The translations under genes were made by a program, and so were the position numbers. The notes beneath the pieces are model-generated. The model made no database searches and had not been told where the DNA came from. It worked only from the letters and a program-made list of their open reading frames with translations. 64,000 nucleotides of DNA from positions 62,001 through 126,000 of the forward strand of contig CDROCS010002866.1 in the NCBI GenBank assembly GCA_977020255.1. Reading direction: 5' to 3'. Position 1 is the first letter of the stretch; every line of letters starts with the position of its first letter. Positions 48,596 to 59,460 of the stretch are shown here, piece after piece. Origin of the DNA: Obrimoposthia wandeli. Taxonomy: Eukaryota.

Positions 48596-49822
48596 ATGGC
48601 ATTTGATGTTCAAGAAATTCGCCGAGAATTTCCCATACTAAAGCGCACTGTACATAATAAACCACTGGTTTATTTAGACAATGCAGCGACAACACAAAAA
48701 CCACAAGTGGTTATTGATGCCATCGTTGATTTTTATAGCAACTACAATTCTAATGTGCATCGTGGCGCTCATCAGCTTGCCGATGAAGCCACTCGAAAGT
48801 ATGAAGGTGCACGTGACACAATCGCACAATTCATCAATGCTCAAACCCGATGCGAAGTCATTTGGACATCAGGCACCACTGAATCGATAAACATTGTTGC
48901 CAATGGGCTAGCAAAGCAACTAAAGACTTCTGATGAAGTTTTAGTGACTGAAATGGAACACCACGCCAATTTAGTTACCTGGCAACAAGCGTGTAAAATC
49001 AGTGGAGCCACACTTGTGGTTGCGCCCATCAACGATGAAGGCGAATTAATTCTTGAGAAATACTTATCACTAATTAACTCAAATACACGATTGGCTTCAT
49101 TACCACACGCATCTAATGCTTTGGGTACGTTAAACCCCATCAAATCCCTTACCACTAAGATCAAAGATCTTAGCCAAGGTAACGCATTAGTGATGATTGA
49201 TGGAGCACAAGGCATTGCTCATAGCCATGTTGATGTTCAAGATATTGGTTGTGACTTTTACGTATTTTCAAGCCACAAGTTTTACGGACCTACTGGCCTA
49301 GGCGTATTATGGGGCAAGGAAAACTTACTTAGCGATTGGCCTGTATGGCAAACAGGTGGCGAGATGATTTCGGAAGTCACTTATCAAAGTGCTAAATGGA
49401 ACACCCTACCCTACAGATTAGAAGCTGGAACACCGAATATCGCTGATGTTATCGGTTTCGCTGCTGCAGTGAACTGGTTCCAACATTTAGATGTATCCGC
49501 CATTCTTGCACATGAAAACGCGCTATTAGATCAAGCAACGCAAATGGCAAGAGCATTTGATGGATTGCAAATAATTGGCGACGCTAGCGAGAAAGTACCT
49601 GTTTTAAGTTTTGTAATGGATCGTGGCCACCCAGCTGATATAGGCTTTATTTTAGATAGACAAGGCATCGCGATAAGAACCGGTCACCATTGCGCCGAAC
49701 CTTTAATGAACCGCTTAAATGTACCTGGTACCGCACGTGCTTCATTTGCGATGTATAACACCAGCGAAGAAGTAGAAAAACTCTTTAGCGCACTTGAAAA
49801 AGTCAAGATGATGCTAGCATAA
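48596..49822 (+). CDS. sufS: Cysteine desulfurase; start ATG 48596
   Basis: YLDNAATTQKP, NVHRG, EHHAN, SSHKFYGPTG, EAGTP and RTGHHCA motifs. Confidence 0.97.
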   Translation: MAFDVQEIRREFPILKRTVHNKPLVYLDNAATTQKPQVVIDAIVDFYSNYNSNVHRGAHQLADEATRKYEGARDTIAQFINAQTRCEVIWTSGTTESINIVANGLAKQLKTSDEVLVTEMEHHANLVTWQQACKISGATLVVAPINDEGELILEKYLSLINSNTRLASLPHASNALGTLNPIKSLTTKIKDLSQGNALVMIDGAQGIAHSHVDVQDIGCDFYVFSSHKFYGPTGLGVLWGKENLLSDWPVWQTGGEMISEVTYQSAKWNTLPYRLEAGTPNIADVIGFAAAVNWFQHLDVSAILAHENALLDQATQMARAFDGLQIIGDASEKVPVLSFVMDRGHPADIGFILDRQGIAIRTGHHCAEPLMNRLNVPGTARASFAMYNTSEEVEKLFSALEKVKMMLA

Positions 49823-49838
49823 CCTCAAGGAGAAATTT

Positions 49839-50192
49839 ATGTCTATTGAAACTTTTGATCCTAAAGGTGTTGATATTACAGTCACTGAAAAAGCGACTAA
49901 GCATTTTGCGAAAAACTTGCAAAGCAATACACAACAGCTCATCCGCTTAAGCATTAAAAAAAGCGGCTGTACTGGGTATGCTTATGTTTTAGATTACGTA
50001 TCACAACTTGAAAATGGCGATAAGTTATTAGCACTCGATCATGATGTCAATTTAGCCGTCTCTGAAAAGGCTGCTCAAATAGCACAAGGCACTGAAATTG
50101 ACTATGTGTTGGAAGGGGTAAACAGAGTGATAAAATTCAACAACCCTAATGTGATAGCAGAATGCGGATGTGGAGAAAGCTTTACAGTATAA
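49839..50192 (+). CDS. sufA: A-type Fe-S carrier (SufA/IscA/HesB)
   Basis: KSGCTGYAY and NPN-ECGCGESF motifs. Confidence 0.9.
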   Translation: MSIETFDPKGVDITVTEKATKHFAKNLQSNTQQLIRLSIKKSGCTGYAYVLDYVSQLENGDKLLALDHDVNLAVSEKAAQIAQGTEIDYVLEGVNRVIKFNNPNVIAECGCGESFTV

Positions 50193-50372
50193 GTTTTTAA
50201 TTACTTTCACTATCGGTAAACGGTGAAGCGATAAGTTAAGACCAATAAGGTAAAGCTGCTGATTTTTATTTATCAGTAGATCTCCAAAAACCCGAGCAAT
50301 CTCTTGATTTCAACTAAGATAAGCTTATGATTGCGCTATTATTAACAGCTTATTTTGCAAAGAAGAAACATT

Positions 50373-50906
50373 ATGCAACAAAATACCGTCGTCACGCAGC
50401 GTGAATGCCCTGCTCGTCGTGTACCTTCAGGTCAAATGACCAGCATTCCAGCTGGTCAATTTATCAACATAAAGCAAGATCTTGGTGGTAATTATACAAT
50501 TACTTGGCAAGGTAATATGTTACGCATTGACGGCACTGATGCCAGCGCAATTGGCAGGCAGCCTGAAGTTATCTCCTTTAGCGAAAACAACACTACCGAC
50601 ATAGATCCCACCCAAGTTTGGGAAGCGATTAAAAGCGTCTTTGATCCCGAAATCCCGGTTAACCTGGTTGATTTAGGTTTGATTTACGCAGTTGATGTAG
50701 ACCAGGCAACTAAAGCTGCAAACATCACTATGACACTTACCGCGCCTGGCTGCGGCATGGGCCCTATATTAGTCAGCGATGTTGAGTACCGTGTTGGTAA
50801 AGCACCTAATGTAGAGCAAGTTAATGTTGAATTAGTGTTTGACCCTCCTTGGCACAAAGATATGATGAGCGAAGAAGCGCAACTAGAAACAGGTTTGTTT
50901 TTTTAG
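50373..50906 (+). CDS. sufT: Putative Fe-S assembly protein SufT (DUF59 domain); start ATG 50373
   Basis: GGNYT...GNMLRIDG-DA, FDPEIPVNLVDLGLIY, MTLTAPGCGMG and FDPPW motifs. Confidence 0.88.
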   Translation: MQQNTVVTQRECPARRVPSGQMTSIPAGQFINIKQDLGGNYTITWQGNMLRIDGTDASAIGRQPEVISFSENNTTDIDPTQVWEAIKSVFDPEIPVNLVDLGLIYAVDVDQATKAANITMTLTAPGCGMGPILVSDVEYRVGKAPNVEQVNVELVFDPPWHKDMMSEEAQLETGLFF

Positions 50907-50960
50907 GTTTTACACTTTTGCTCTACATCTATTTAACTTAAAGATAGTACCATCATTTAC

Positions 50961-51389
50961 ATGGAAAATTTTATGACCCAGCCGAGCACCTCTGACATCA
51001 TTGAAGATCTAGAATTTTTTGACGACTGGGAAGAACGCTACAAATACATAATTGATTTAGGCGAAGATATGCCTAAAATGTCTGCTCAACTGCAAACCCA
51101 AGAGCGTATTGTAAAGGGATGCCAAAGTAATGTTTGGATCGACGTTCAACCCAATGGCAACAAGCTAAACTTCACCGTTGACTCAGACGCCATTATTGTA
51201 CGCGGTATCCTTGCTTTGATAATGGCGGCTTATAACGATAAAACTGCCAGTGAGATTTTATCTTTTGACATTAATGAGTATTTTAAGCAATTAGATTTAG
51301 AGCAACATATTAGCCCTACAAGAGGCAACGGATTACGTGCAATTGTTGCTAAAATACAAGGCATTGCCAAGGCTTCTAACCTTAATTAG
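50961..51389 (+). CDS. sufE: Cysteine desulfuration protein
   Basis: DWEERYKYIIDLG, VKGCQSNVW, DSDAIIVRG and SPTRGNGL motifs. Confidence 0.95.
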   Translation: MENFMTQPSTSDIIEDLEFFDDWEERYKYIIDLGEDMPKMSAQLQTQERIVKGCQSNVWIDVQPNGNKLNFTVDSDAIIVRGILALIMAAYNDKTASEILSFDINEYFKQLDLEQHISPTRGNGLRAIVAKIQGIAKASNLN

Positions 51390-51652
51390 TGGCTTTAGCC
51401 TAGAAATCAAAGCAGTCATTCTACTTTTAATGACGTAGCTTCTTTACTCCGACATGGAATTCAATAAACACTCGACAGTGCCATTGCTGTTATGTGTTTA
51501 TAGCTGCAACCACTAAATTTTCCTTTTAGAGTATACACTGCTGCCTAGCATAAGGCGCTTATCCTTTGCGTTATGCATCTAAGCAACCACTCCTAACACG
51601 GCAGAACAGCGACTAAACATAAATAATTGTTTAGAGCCCCTTATTAAATATT

Positions 51653-52330
51653 CCTGAATTCAAATTTGAAGTGCATCATCTAATCCAGTAGAAAGAGAAG
51701 TCAGCTGAAGGTAAGCTCTTCATGTTAATGACACTTGACTTAGAGCAACGATAATATATGTGCTAAAGAAAAGAGTTATTCGGCGGGAAATTGCATGAGG
51801 TTAGTCAATCCACAGTTAACGAGAATTGATACGTAATACAGGCGCAAGAGGCTATCGCTATAAACGCTCAAGAGAAAGCCCCAACGCCGTAATTAGAGCA
51901 ACTAAAATGACGCCGAGCATGATCGCGCTTATCAATTGCGTCTTGAATATCCGCAAATATCAGGCTGAAGGCTAAACCAGAGTCGATTAATGAAAAATGT
52001 ATGGGCCGATCATCCAAGGCAAAAAGTACGACAAGCGCCGTCCGGTAGATCAGATAATTACGAATCGAATCATCCGGTGATTGGTAAAGGCCACAGTGGA
52101 GCGTTGGTGACAGTTGTTGAAACGAAGTTTATCGAAACAAGTAGAAGGCAAAACAGCTGCGGCAGTGACGAATATATTGCATTATCACAGCTGATAATGG
52201 TAAGGAGTTCATCATTTCTGATCGGATTACTACGCCAGTATTTTCCTAAAAGACTCACAGAGCGAGATTAAGCGAGCCGTTGAAAGATTAAATGCACCAA
52301 GAAAAATTGTTGGGTTTTAAACAGTAGTAT
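51653..52330 (+). pseudogene. Heavily degraded IS30-family transposase relic
   Basis: Fragments in shifting frames: HLTLEQR-, RNTGARGYRY, IGKGHSGALVTVVE, TADNGKEF and AVERLN...GFK. Confidence 0.8.
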
Positions 52331-52778
52331 GAAAATAGACCATGCAAAACGAAACCCTAGTTTAATCAATTAATATCCGCCATGAATTAATGAGAAAATC
52401 CAGCCCACCCTAGATAATTTAGAATTAATATCGAAAGGCGACAATTTATTTTTATTATTCTCGCCAGAATCGATCATCACAGTCGATACTCTACATAGTA
52501 GAAAAAATAAATAGCCAGCGACCCTATGCACTCACATAGAACAAATTAAGTGCCCTTAGTCAAAACAAACGCTAAAAGTAGCCAGCTTTGTGTTAATAGA
52601 TAGCATGAGGCATCAAACATTGGGGCACAGCTAGGTTATTAAAAATATAGCTGTTAAATCAATTCATATATTAGCGTTCAAAATAGCAAAAAAGCGCGTC
52701 AAAGCACGCTTCAAATACTGCTAATATTGATTCGAATATGCTATATTCTCGGCTTGTTTACTAGATTATAAGAACTAA

Positions 52779-54113
52779 ATGCAATCAACTACACATGCCA
52801 CTAATTATCGTATTTCTTTAAGCGCTGAAGACTTTGATGTCATCCCTAGCGCCAAGGAATTCAAACGCTCGATTTTAGAACATATTCGCAATGCCAAGCA
52901 GCGAATTTATATCACGGCACTCTATTTACAAGAAGATGATGCAGGTAAAGAAATATTGCATGCTCTTTACGATGCAAAGCAAATTAACCCCAGCTTAAAC
53001 ATTCGTATTTTTGTCGATGCTCACCGCGCACAGCGTGGTCTAATAGGCGATGACAAATGTTTGGGAAATCAAGATTTTTACCGAAAGATTGATGAGCAAT
53101 ACCTGCATAAAATTGATTTATACGGCGTACTAGTAAAGACCCAAGAACTCTTTGGAGTACTACACCTTAAAGGCCTTATATTTGACAACACTGTTATATA
53201 CACAGGTGCTAGCATTAATGATGTTTATCTACATCAAGCTGAGAAATGCCGCTACGATCGCTATCACATCTTAAAATGCGCTGATCTAGCCGATTCTATG
53301 GTCGATTATCTTCATCGCTATATTATTCAACCAGGCTTTTCCCCACTACTAAACACAGCTGAACGTCTAGAAAAAAAAGTACAAAAGAAATATGCAAAAA
53401 AACAAAAATCTTTGCTGAAGAGTTCTAATTACAACATTCAAGTTCATCATGATAAAGCGGGTTCTATCAAAGTAAAACCGATGGTAGGCTTTGGTGCTAG
53501 GGGCAACAAAGTTAATAACTGTATACGAGATCTATTGAAATACTCTCGCCAGTCGCTAGTCATTTTCACTCCCTATTTTAACCTTCCTAAAATTATCACT
53601 AAAGATCTCAAAAAAGCGCTTAGTCGCGGTGTTATAGTAACGATGGTCATTGGCGATAAAACCGCTAACGACTTTTTTATCGCTCCTGATCAGGAGTTTT
53701 CAAAAATTGGCATTATCCCCTATATATATGAAATATTATTGCTGCGTTTTATTAAACGTCATCAAGCCTATATCGATAAAGGCCTACTTAATATACATTT
53801 ATGGAAAAATGACAGTCATAGCTTTCACTTAAAAGGCATCGTTGCAGACAACCAGCATCACTTACTAACGGGTAATAATTTAAACCCACGTGCTTGGAAT
53901 TTGGATTTGGAAAATGCAATATTGCTAAAAGATAGCCAACGTTTACTAGCTGATAAATGGCAGGCTGAGCTGGCAGATGTATTGAAATTTACGCAAAAAG
54001 TAGCTCATAGTAATGAATTACAAAATATGGCAGATTACCCTAAGCATGTTCGAGATCCTATTCGCAAACTGCAGCTCACTCAAATAGATAAAGTACTTAA
54101 AAAGTTTATGTAA
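52779..54113 (+). CDS. pssA: CDP-diacylglycerol--serine O-phosphatidyltransferase (PLD type)
   Basis: ITALYLQED, HRAQRGLIG, HLKG-FD-YTGASIN and second HLKG...LLTGNNLNPRAW motifs. Confidence 0.96.
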   Translation: MQSTTHATNYRISLSAEDFDVIPSAKEFKRSILEHIRNAKQRIYITALYLQEDDAGKEILHALYDAKQINPSLNIRIFVDAHRAQRGLIGDDKCLGNQDFYRKIDEQYLHKIDLYGVLVKTQELFGVLHLKGLIFDNTVIYTGASINDVYLHQAEKCRYDRYHILKCADLADSMVDYLHRYIIQPGFSPLLNTAERLEKKVQKKYAKKQKSLLKSSNYNIQVHHDKAGSIKVKPMVGFGARGNKVNNCIRDLLKYSRQSLVIFTPYFNLPKIITKDLKKALSRGVIVTMVIGDKTANDFFIAPDQEFSKIGIIPYIYEILLLRFIKRHQAYIDKGLLNIHLWKNDSHSFHLKGIVADNQHHLLTGNNLNPRAWNLDLENAILLKDSQRLLADKWQAELADVLKFTQKVAHSNELQNMADYPKHVRDPIRKLQLTQIDKVLKKFM

Positions 54114-54160
54114 ACCGTCCTATAAAACACAATTATTCGTAAGCGCGCAAATTATTGTAC

Positions 54161-54199
54161 AAAATCAAGCTCTTCACTATCTGTTTTGAGCTTGATTTT
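54161..54199. terminator. Bidirectional terminator between convergent pssA and marC
   Basis: AAAATCAAGCTC...GAGCTTGATTTT, 12-bp stem with A/T tails. Confidence 0.7.
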
Positions 54200-54265
54200 A
54201 ACAGAGCAGCACTACTAATACGCCATTATTACTCCTTTAATAATTGCTTTAGGCCACTAGCATAT

Positions 54266-54865
54266 TTAGTTACCTGTAATATTCACGATACCATCATAGA
54301 TAAACTGAATCGCTAACGCAGCCAAAATAACCCCTAAGAAGCGCCTTAATATATCATCGCCTGTACGTCCAATCACTCGTTTCAAGTGCCTAGAGACCAA
54401 CATACAACAAAAAGTAGCGCCTGTAATTGTCAGTATAGCCGCTGCGACAGCAAAGTCCGCAGCATTTTCATTTGACTGCGAAAACAGTAATATAGCTAAA
54501 GTTAAAGATCCAGGCCCTGCCATCATCGGGATAGCCATTGGAAAGACTGAAATATCATTATTTTCAGTACCCTTTGCAAACTCTGTCTCTTTAGTAATTA
54601 AATTGAAGGCTGTGAAAAACAACAAGATGCCTCCAGATATACGAAAAGCATGAATACTAATCCCAATTAAATTCAGAAATGGCTCCCCATACATTCCAAA
54701 AATAAGCAGCAATACAGTGGCGATACTCACCGACTTTACTGCCATTTTCAAACGAAACTTCTTATCCTCCGGTGGCACTAAAGAATGGAAAATAAGCGCC
54801 GTGCCTATAGGATCAATAATCACCATTAATGAAGCTAATCCTGCAAAATATATTGATAAATCCAT
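54266..54865 (-). CDS. MarC family integral membrane protein
   Basis: IIDPIG, FRISGGILLF, VFPMAIPMMAGPG and R-LGVILAALAIQF motifs. Confidence 0.93.
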   Translation of the reverse strand: MDLSIYFAGLASLMVIIDPIGTALIFHSLVPPEDKKFRLKMAVKSVSIATVLLLIFGMYGEPFLNLIGISIHAFRISGGILLFFTAFNLITKETEFAKGTENNDISVFPMAIPMMAGPGSLTLAILLFSQSNENAADFAVAAAILTITGATFCCMLVSRHLKRVIGRTGDDILRRFLGVILAALAIQFIYDGIVNITGN

Positions 54866-55030
54866 CTTTTTTCAAACCCTTATTCATACCTAACAAAAAG
54901 TTATCCATTGTATCACTACCCACACTAAACGCACTTCGCTGTTGGCTCCTTGATACATAAAATATAAAATCCCACAAAAAACTTTACAGCTTTTCAGTAT
55001 CTGCTACTATCTCAAAAATTATTAATCACG

Positions 55031-55091
55031 CTAAGGAACCAGCGATTAAGCACCTAAACCTTCTGTATGGACTTGATCGCATGCTCCTTAA
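55031..55091. mobile_element. Short IS5-like MITE, family B copy 2
   Basis: CTAA-GGAAC...GCTCC-TTAA; aligns with the reverse complement of 961-1032. Confidence 0.55.
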
Positions 55092-55161
55092 TGAAAGCAG
55101 ATAATTCAACTCCACAAAATTATTAACTAAATACTTTAATGCAAGCGCGTAGGAGAACCAT

Positions 55162-55542
55162 GTGAGTGAAACAAATCAAACTAAAAGCGGATTCTTAGCT
55201 TTAGTTTCAAAGCTATGTTTTGATGAAGAACTGCCTATCCGTTTTATCTATAAAACAGTACCTGAGCACCTTAATGATACTGGCTGGCGTATGTATACAG
55301 GCTACGAGAATGATGAGTATCTAGCTAATGAGCTTGCTAACATGGTACCAGTACCAGTCGATAAAATGTGTGAGATGGATCAAAGCTTAGTAGCATTAGT
55401 ACAATATAATGCAGGTACTGTTTGGGAACGTACTCCCCATGAAGAGAAATGGTTAAGAGTACATGATTTTAAAATCCCTTCTGCGCAAGTCGCTGTAAAC
55501 ATCACTAGTGACATCAGCAAATTCAACCAAGAAGTCCTATAG
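55162..55542 (+). CDS. DUF2185 / Imm33-like protein
   Basis: LVSK...RFIYK-P...DTGWRMYTGYE-DEY pattern; GTG start after AGGAG. Confidence 0.75.
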   Translation: MSETNQTKSGFLALVSKLCFDEELPIRFIYKTVPEHLNDTGWRMYTGYENDEYLANELANMVPVPVDKMCEMDQSLVALVQYNAGTVWERTPHEEKWLRVHDFKIPSAQVAVNITSDISKFNQEVL

Positions 55543-55575
55543 CACCTTTTAATATCGTTTTTTATACGCTACCCA

Positions 55576-55602
55576 TTGAAAATCTTTTCTTAGTCCTCAT
55601 AT
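55576..55602 (+). promoter_or_regulatory. Sigma32 (RpoH) promoter of the small heat-shock gene
   Basis: TTGAAA, 13-bp spacer, CCTCATAT matches the CTTGAAA/CCCCATnT consensus. Confidence 0.8.
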
Positions 55603-55711
55603 AAGACTTAGTGGCGCTCATGAGAGGCCACTATCGTAGACATAACGTCTCACCCACTTAGTCTTAGGATAAGTGTTATTAAAGCCCGCATCATCAATGC
55701 TGGATTTACCA

Positions 55712-55738
55712 CATATTGCTTAAAAGGATATGAATATG
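55712..55738 (+). promoter_or_regulatory. ROSE-like RNA thermometer hairpin over the RBS
   Basis: CATATTGCT-TAAA-AGGATATG: UUGCU pairs with the AGGA SD with a bulged G; ATG at 55736. Confidence 0.75.
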
Positions 55739-56152
55739 AGAACTTTAGATTTAACCCCACTATACCGCTCAGCTATTGGCTTTGATCGTTTAGCATCTAT
55801 CATAGATAGCGCAAACCGTAATGAGCAACCCGCTTTTCCCCCTTATAATGTAGAATTGTTGAGTGAAAATGAATATCGCATTACCATGGCGGTAGCCGGT
55901 TTTAGTTTTGAAGAATTAACCATAGATTCTGAACAGAGCAGCGTGACTATAAGCGGCGAAAAAGCAGCCAACGATGATTCACCGCACTACTTATATCAAG
56001 GCATTGCCGCACGTAATTTTGAAAGACGCTTCCAGCTAGCTGATCACGTCAAAGTGGTGAAGGCAAATATGGAGAATGGTTTATTACACGTGTATTTAGT
56101 ACGTGAGATACCTGAAGCGATGAAACCTAGAACGATTCAAATAGAACGCTAG
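55736..56152 (+). CDS. ibpA: Small heat shock protein (Hsp20, IbpA/B family)
   Basis: MRTLDLTPLYRSAIGFDR, FPPYNVE, AVAGF, YQGIA-R-FERRF and NGLL motifs. Confidence 0.95.
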   Translation: MRTLDLTPLYRSAIGFDRLASIIDSANRNEQPAFPPYNVELLSENEYRITMAVAGFSFEELTIDSEQSSVTISGEKAANDDSPHYLYQGIAARNFERRFQLADHVKVVKANMENGLLHVYLVREIPEAMKPRTIQIER

Positions 56153-56168
56153 GTCGCACAAAAAGAAG

Positions 56169-56204
56169 GCTAGAGAAAGGTTTTTGACCGCTCCTTTTTC
56201 TAGC
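56169..56204. terminator. Terminator between convergent ibpA and aroC
   Basis: GCTAGAGAAAGG...CCTTTTTCTAGC stem. Confidence 0.6.
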
Positions 56205-56291
56205 ACTCAAAAACCTCAATCAGTATTAAAGCTAGCAGTCATATTCTAAGTTTACCTCAAAAGACTCAACTGACTCATTTGAATAACGACA

Positions 56292-57383
56292 TTAAGTTGG
56301 AATAGTGTAGCCTGACTGTACATCAGCGTTTTGCGCTCTATCTCGTAAGAAATGATCCATTATCACTATCGCCAACATTGCTTCTGCTATAGGCGTTGCC
56401 CGGATACCCACACAAGGATCATGACGACCTTTGGTAATCACCTCAACTTCTTCACCGCTAGCATCCACTGAACGACCTGGTATACGCAAACTGGAGGTCG
56501 GCTTAAGTGCAATATGCGCAATCAAATCTTGCCCTGTCGTTATGCCACCAAGTACACCACCACAGTGATTTGATAAAAAACCACTATTCGTCATTTCATC
56601 TCTATGCTCAGTGCCTTTTTGCTCAATACAGGCAAAACCATCACCAATTTCAACGCCTTTGACCGCATTAATACTCATTAATGCATGCGCTATTTCTGCA
56701 TCGATTCGGTCAAATATGGGTTCACCTAAACCCACCGGCATTCCCATAGCATGCACAGAAATTTTGGCACCGATAGAATTACCTTCTTTGCGCAAGGCAT
56801 CCATATATGTCTCCATTTCTTGCACTACGCTAGCATCTGGACAGAAAAATGGGTTGTTGCCAACGTTATCCCATGCAAAATTTTCAGGGTTGATTTTAAT
56901 CGGCCCTAATTGTGATAGGTAACCTTTTACTTGCACGCCTTTGCTCGCTAAAAACTTCTTAGCAACCGCCCCCGCTGCAACACGCATTGCTGTTTCACGC
57001 GCTGAAGCACGCCCACCGCCTCGATAGTCACGAAAGCCATACTTATGAGTATAGACGTAATCGGCATGTGCGGGTCTAAAAGTATCTTTTATATTGCCGT
57101 AGTCTTTAGAGCGCTGGTCAGTATTGCGTATTAATAGCCCTATTGAGGTGCCTGTTGTCTTTCCCTCAAAAACGCCTGAAAGAATTTCTACCTCATCTGC
57201 TTCACGACGCTGCGTAGTATGTCTTGACGTACCTGGTTTGCGTCGATCAAGGTCGATCTGCAAATCTTCAACAGATAACTCAATCCCCGGAGGGCAACCA
57301 TCAATGACACAACCCAGTGCAGGACCGTGGCTCTCACCAAACGAGCTTACTGTAAATAACTTACCAAAACTATTACCAGACAT
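56292..57383 (-). CDS. aroC: Chorismate synthase
   Basis: [32 protein letters not shown] and GRHDPCV motifs. Confidence 0.98.
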   Translation of the reverse strand: MSGNSFGKLFTVSSFGESHGPALGCVIDGCPPGIELSVEDLQIDLDRRKPGTSRHTTQRREADEVEILSGVFEGKTTGTSIGLLIRNTDQRSKDYGNIKDTFRPAHADYVYTHKYGFRDYRGGGRASARETAMRVAAGAVAKKFLASKGVQVKGYLSQLGPIKINPENFAWDNVGNNPFFCPDASVVQEMETYMDALRKEGNSIGAKISVHAMGMPVGLGEPIFDRIDAEIAHALMSINAVKGVEIGDGFACIEQKGTEHRDEMTNSGFLSNHCGGVLGGITTGQDLIAHIALKPTSSLRIPGRSVDASGEEVEVITKGRHDPCVGIRATPIAEAMLAIVIMDHFLRDRAQNADVQSGYTIPT

Positions 57384-57449
57384 ATCTATTTTTTAACCTC
57401 TACCAAAACATCCAATCTAAAAATCGCGACGAAAGACCATAAATTATTA

Positions 57450-58379
57450 TTAAAAAAGCTCTCTATATTGCTTTAAATCTGCAGCGCTTATTGCAAAAAC
57501 ACCATTGCCACCAGCCTCTAACTCTACCCAAATAAACGGCACTTGCGGATATTGCTCCATCAAATGCACTTCACTGTTCCCTACTTCAACCACTAACAAG
57601 CCGTCATCAGTTAAATAATCAGTAGCTTGTGCCAAAATCTTCTTACATAAATCTAAGCCATCATCACCACTACCTAAAGCAAGCGCTGGCTCATGCTGAT
57701 ACTCCGCGGGCATCGATGACAAATCGCTTTTATCTACATAAGGGGGGTTACTTACAATAAGCTGATACTTTTGAGATATATTTGCAAAAAGATCACTTTC
57801 AATGATATTTACTTGATCTTGCATTTCATGCTTGTTCACATTAATTTTAGCTACTTCTAAGGCACTTGCACTAATATCGGCTATATCAACAATAGCTTCT
57901 TCAAAAACATAACCGCAAGCAATGCCAATACAACCAGAACCAGTACATAAATCTAAGATTCTATCGACAGGTCCTATGCCTAAAAACGGACTAAATTGAT
58001 TTTCAATTAGCTGGGCGATAGGTGAACGAGGAATAAGCACTCGCCTATCAACAAAAAAAGGCATCTGCATGAACCATGCCTGATTAATAATATAGGGCAA
58101 TGGTTCTCGTTGGGTAATACGCCGCTGCATAAACTCAATTACCCGCTCTTTCTCTACATCCAGTAATCGCGCATCTAAGACCTGCTCTTGTGCATCCCAC
58201 GGAAGGTAGACGGCAGCTAAAACCAGCTGACTCGCCTCTTCATATACAGATACATGACCATGACCTAAATAAACTTCCTGCTGCATCATTTGAGAATAAC
58301 AGCTACGAATGTAATCACGAATGCTGTGTAAATTTTCCATAAGTTGAGTTCGATCAATCATTTTACTGTCTATTTTCAA
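57450..58379 (-). CDS. prmB: 50S ribosomal protein L3 N5-glutamine methyltransferase
   Basis: YLGHG, IPRSPIAQLI, LDLCTGSGCI, SNPPYV, HEP-LAL and VEVGNS motifs; upstream of aroC. Confidence 0.95.
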   Translation of the reverse strand: MKIDSKMIDRTQLMENLHSIRDYIRSCYSQMMQQEVYLGHGHVSVYEEASQLVLAAVYLPWDAQEQVLDARLLDVEKERVIEFMQRRITQREPLPYIINQAWFMQMPFFVDRRVLIPRSPIAQLIENQFSPFLGIGPVDRILDLCTGSGCIGIACGYVFEEAIVDIADISASALEVAKINVNKHEMQDQVNIIESDLFANISQKYQLIVSNPPYVDKSDLSSMPAEYQHEPALALGSGDDGLDLCKKILAQATDYLTDDGLLVVEVGNSEVHLMEQYPQVPFIWVELEAGGNGVFAISAADLKQYRELF

Positions 58380-58689
58380 AAAAAAACTATTGTACCTTTT
58401 GCACCTTCGTATTTATACGTAAACCAACTACCTATATACAAATTTAAAATCAAAGTTACTCTTTTTCCAAACAAACTGCCGCCACTAAGCACTTGTAACT
58501 TAAACGGCCCTCAATGGTTTTCATTCATGACAAAACTCATTAAATCGAGGCTAACTTGAGCGCTTTTACCTGTCTTTTTACCATCATTTTACCTACCAAA
58601 CGGCAAAACAACATTTTAGCTCTAAAAATTTTGCTAATTACAATCAGCAAAGTTATTATTTGATTTACTAGATAGCTGACTTACTAACC

Positions 58690-59289
58690 ATGCCTGATTT
58701 TAACATCCCGTCTTTTGAAAACCCTCTTTTTGATGCAAAACCTGATCAGCAAGAAAACACTCCACAAACTTTTGCTCAAGCCATGCAAGATGTTATCCCT
58801 ATAGCGCAAGATAAATTAAAAACGCACAACAAAACGAACCTTCGCAAAAACAAAGATAAACAATATCATCGCGAACAAGCAGTACAAAACATAACGCAAG
58901 TTACGGATGGGTTATCCACCGAAGCGGTTAATATTGTTGAATCAGATCAGGCTTTACTGTTTGCAGCACCGGGTGTACAACTTAGGGTAATAAAGCGTTT
59001 ACAAAAAGGACATATGCCCTGGGAGCAAGGTATTGATTTACACGGTTTTACCATTGATCAAGCGCGTAATCAGCTCAGCCAATTTATTAATGCTAGTTTC
59101 CATCAAGGCTGCCAAATCGTATTAATAGTGCATGGTAAATCCTATAGTGAATCAGGGTCATTACCACTATTGAAATCCTACGCAAATGACTGGCTAAGAC
59201 AGTTACCACAAGTACTTGCATTTAGCTCAGCTCAAGCCAAAGACGGCGGAGCGGGAGCACTCTATGTTTTATTAAGACGTAAGAAGTAA
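58690..59289 (+). CDS. Smr/MutS2-domain endonuclease (SmrA-like)
   Basis: IDLHGFT, IVHGK, WLRQ and GGAGALYVLL motifs. Confidence 0.9.
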   Translation: MPDFNIPSFENPLFDAKPDQQENTPQTFAQAMQDVIPIAQDKLKTHNKTNLRKNKDKQYHREQAVQNITQVTDGLSTEAVNIVESDQALLFAAPGVQLRVIKRLQKGHMPWEQGIDLHGFTIDQARNQLSQFINASFHQGCQIVLIVHGKSYSESGSLPLLKSYANDWLRQLPQVLAFSSAQAKDGGAGALYVLLRRKK

Positions 59290-59460
59290 TTAACCTGATA
59301 AGAAAGACCAGCACTTATGGATGCCTAATAAGATATAAAACAGACTTGCATAGACACCTTTAACGTCAAACGCTAGAATATTACACAATCTACTTTACCT
59401 CGCTAATAAGTTGCAGTAAGTTAGCGCCTTTATTTATCTTCCTCGGAGTTACTGGTTAAA

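Noticed and set aside
51990-52271. 93-aa ORF as an intact gene
   Set aside because: Only its middle (IGKGHSGALVTVVE) is IS30-like; it is part of the frameshifted relic.
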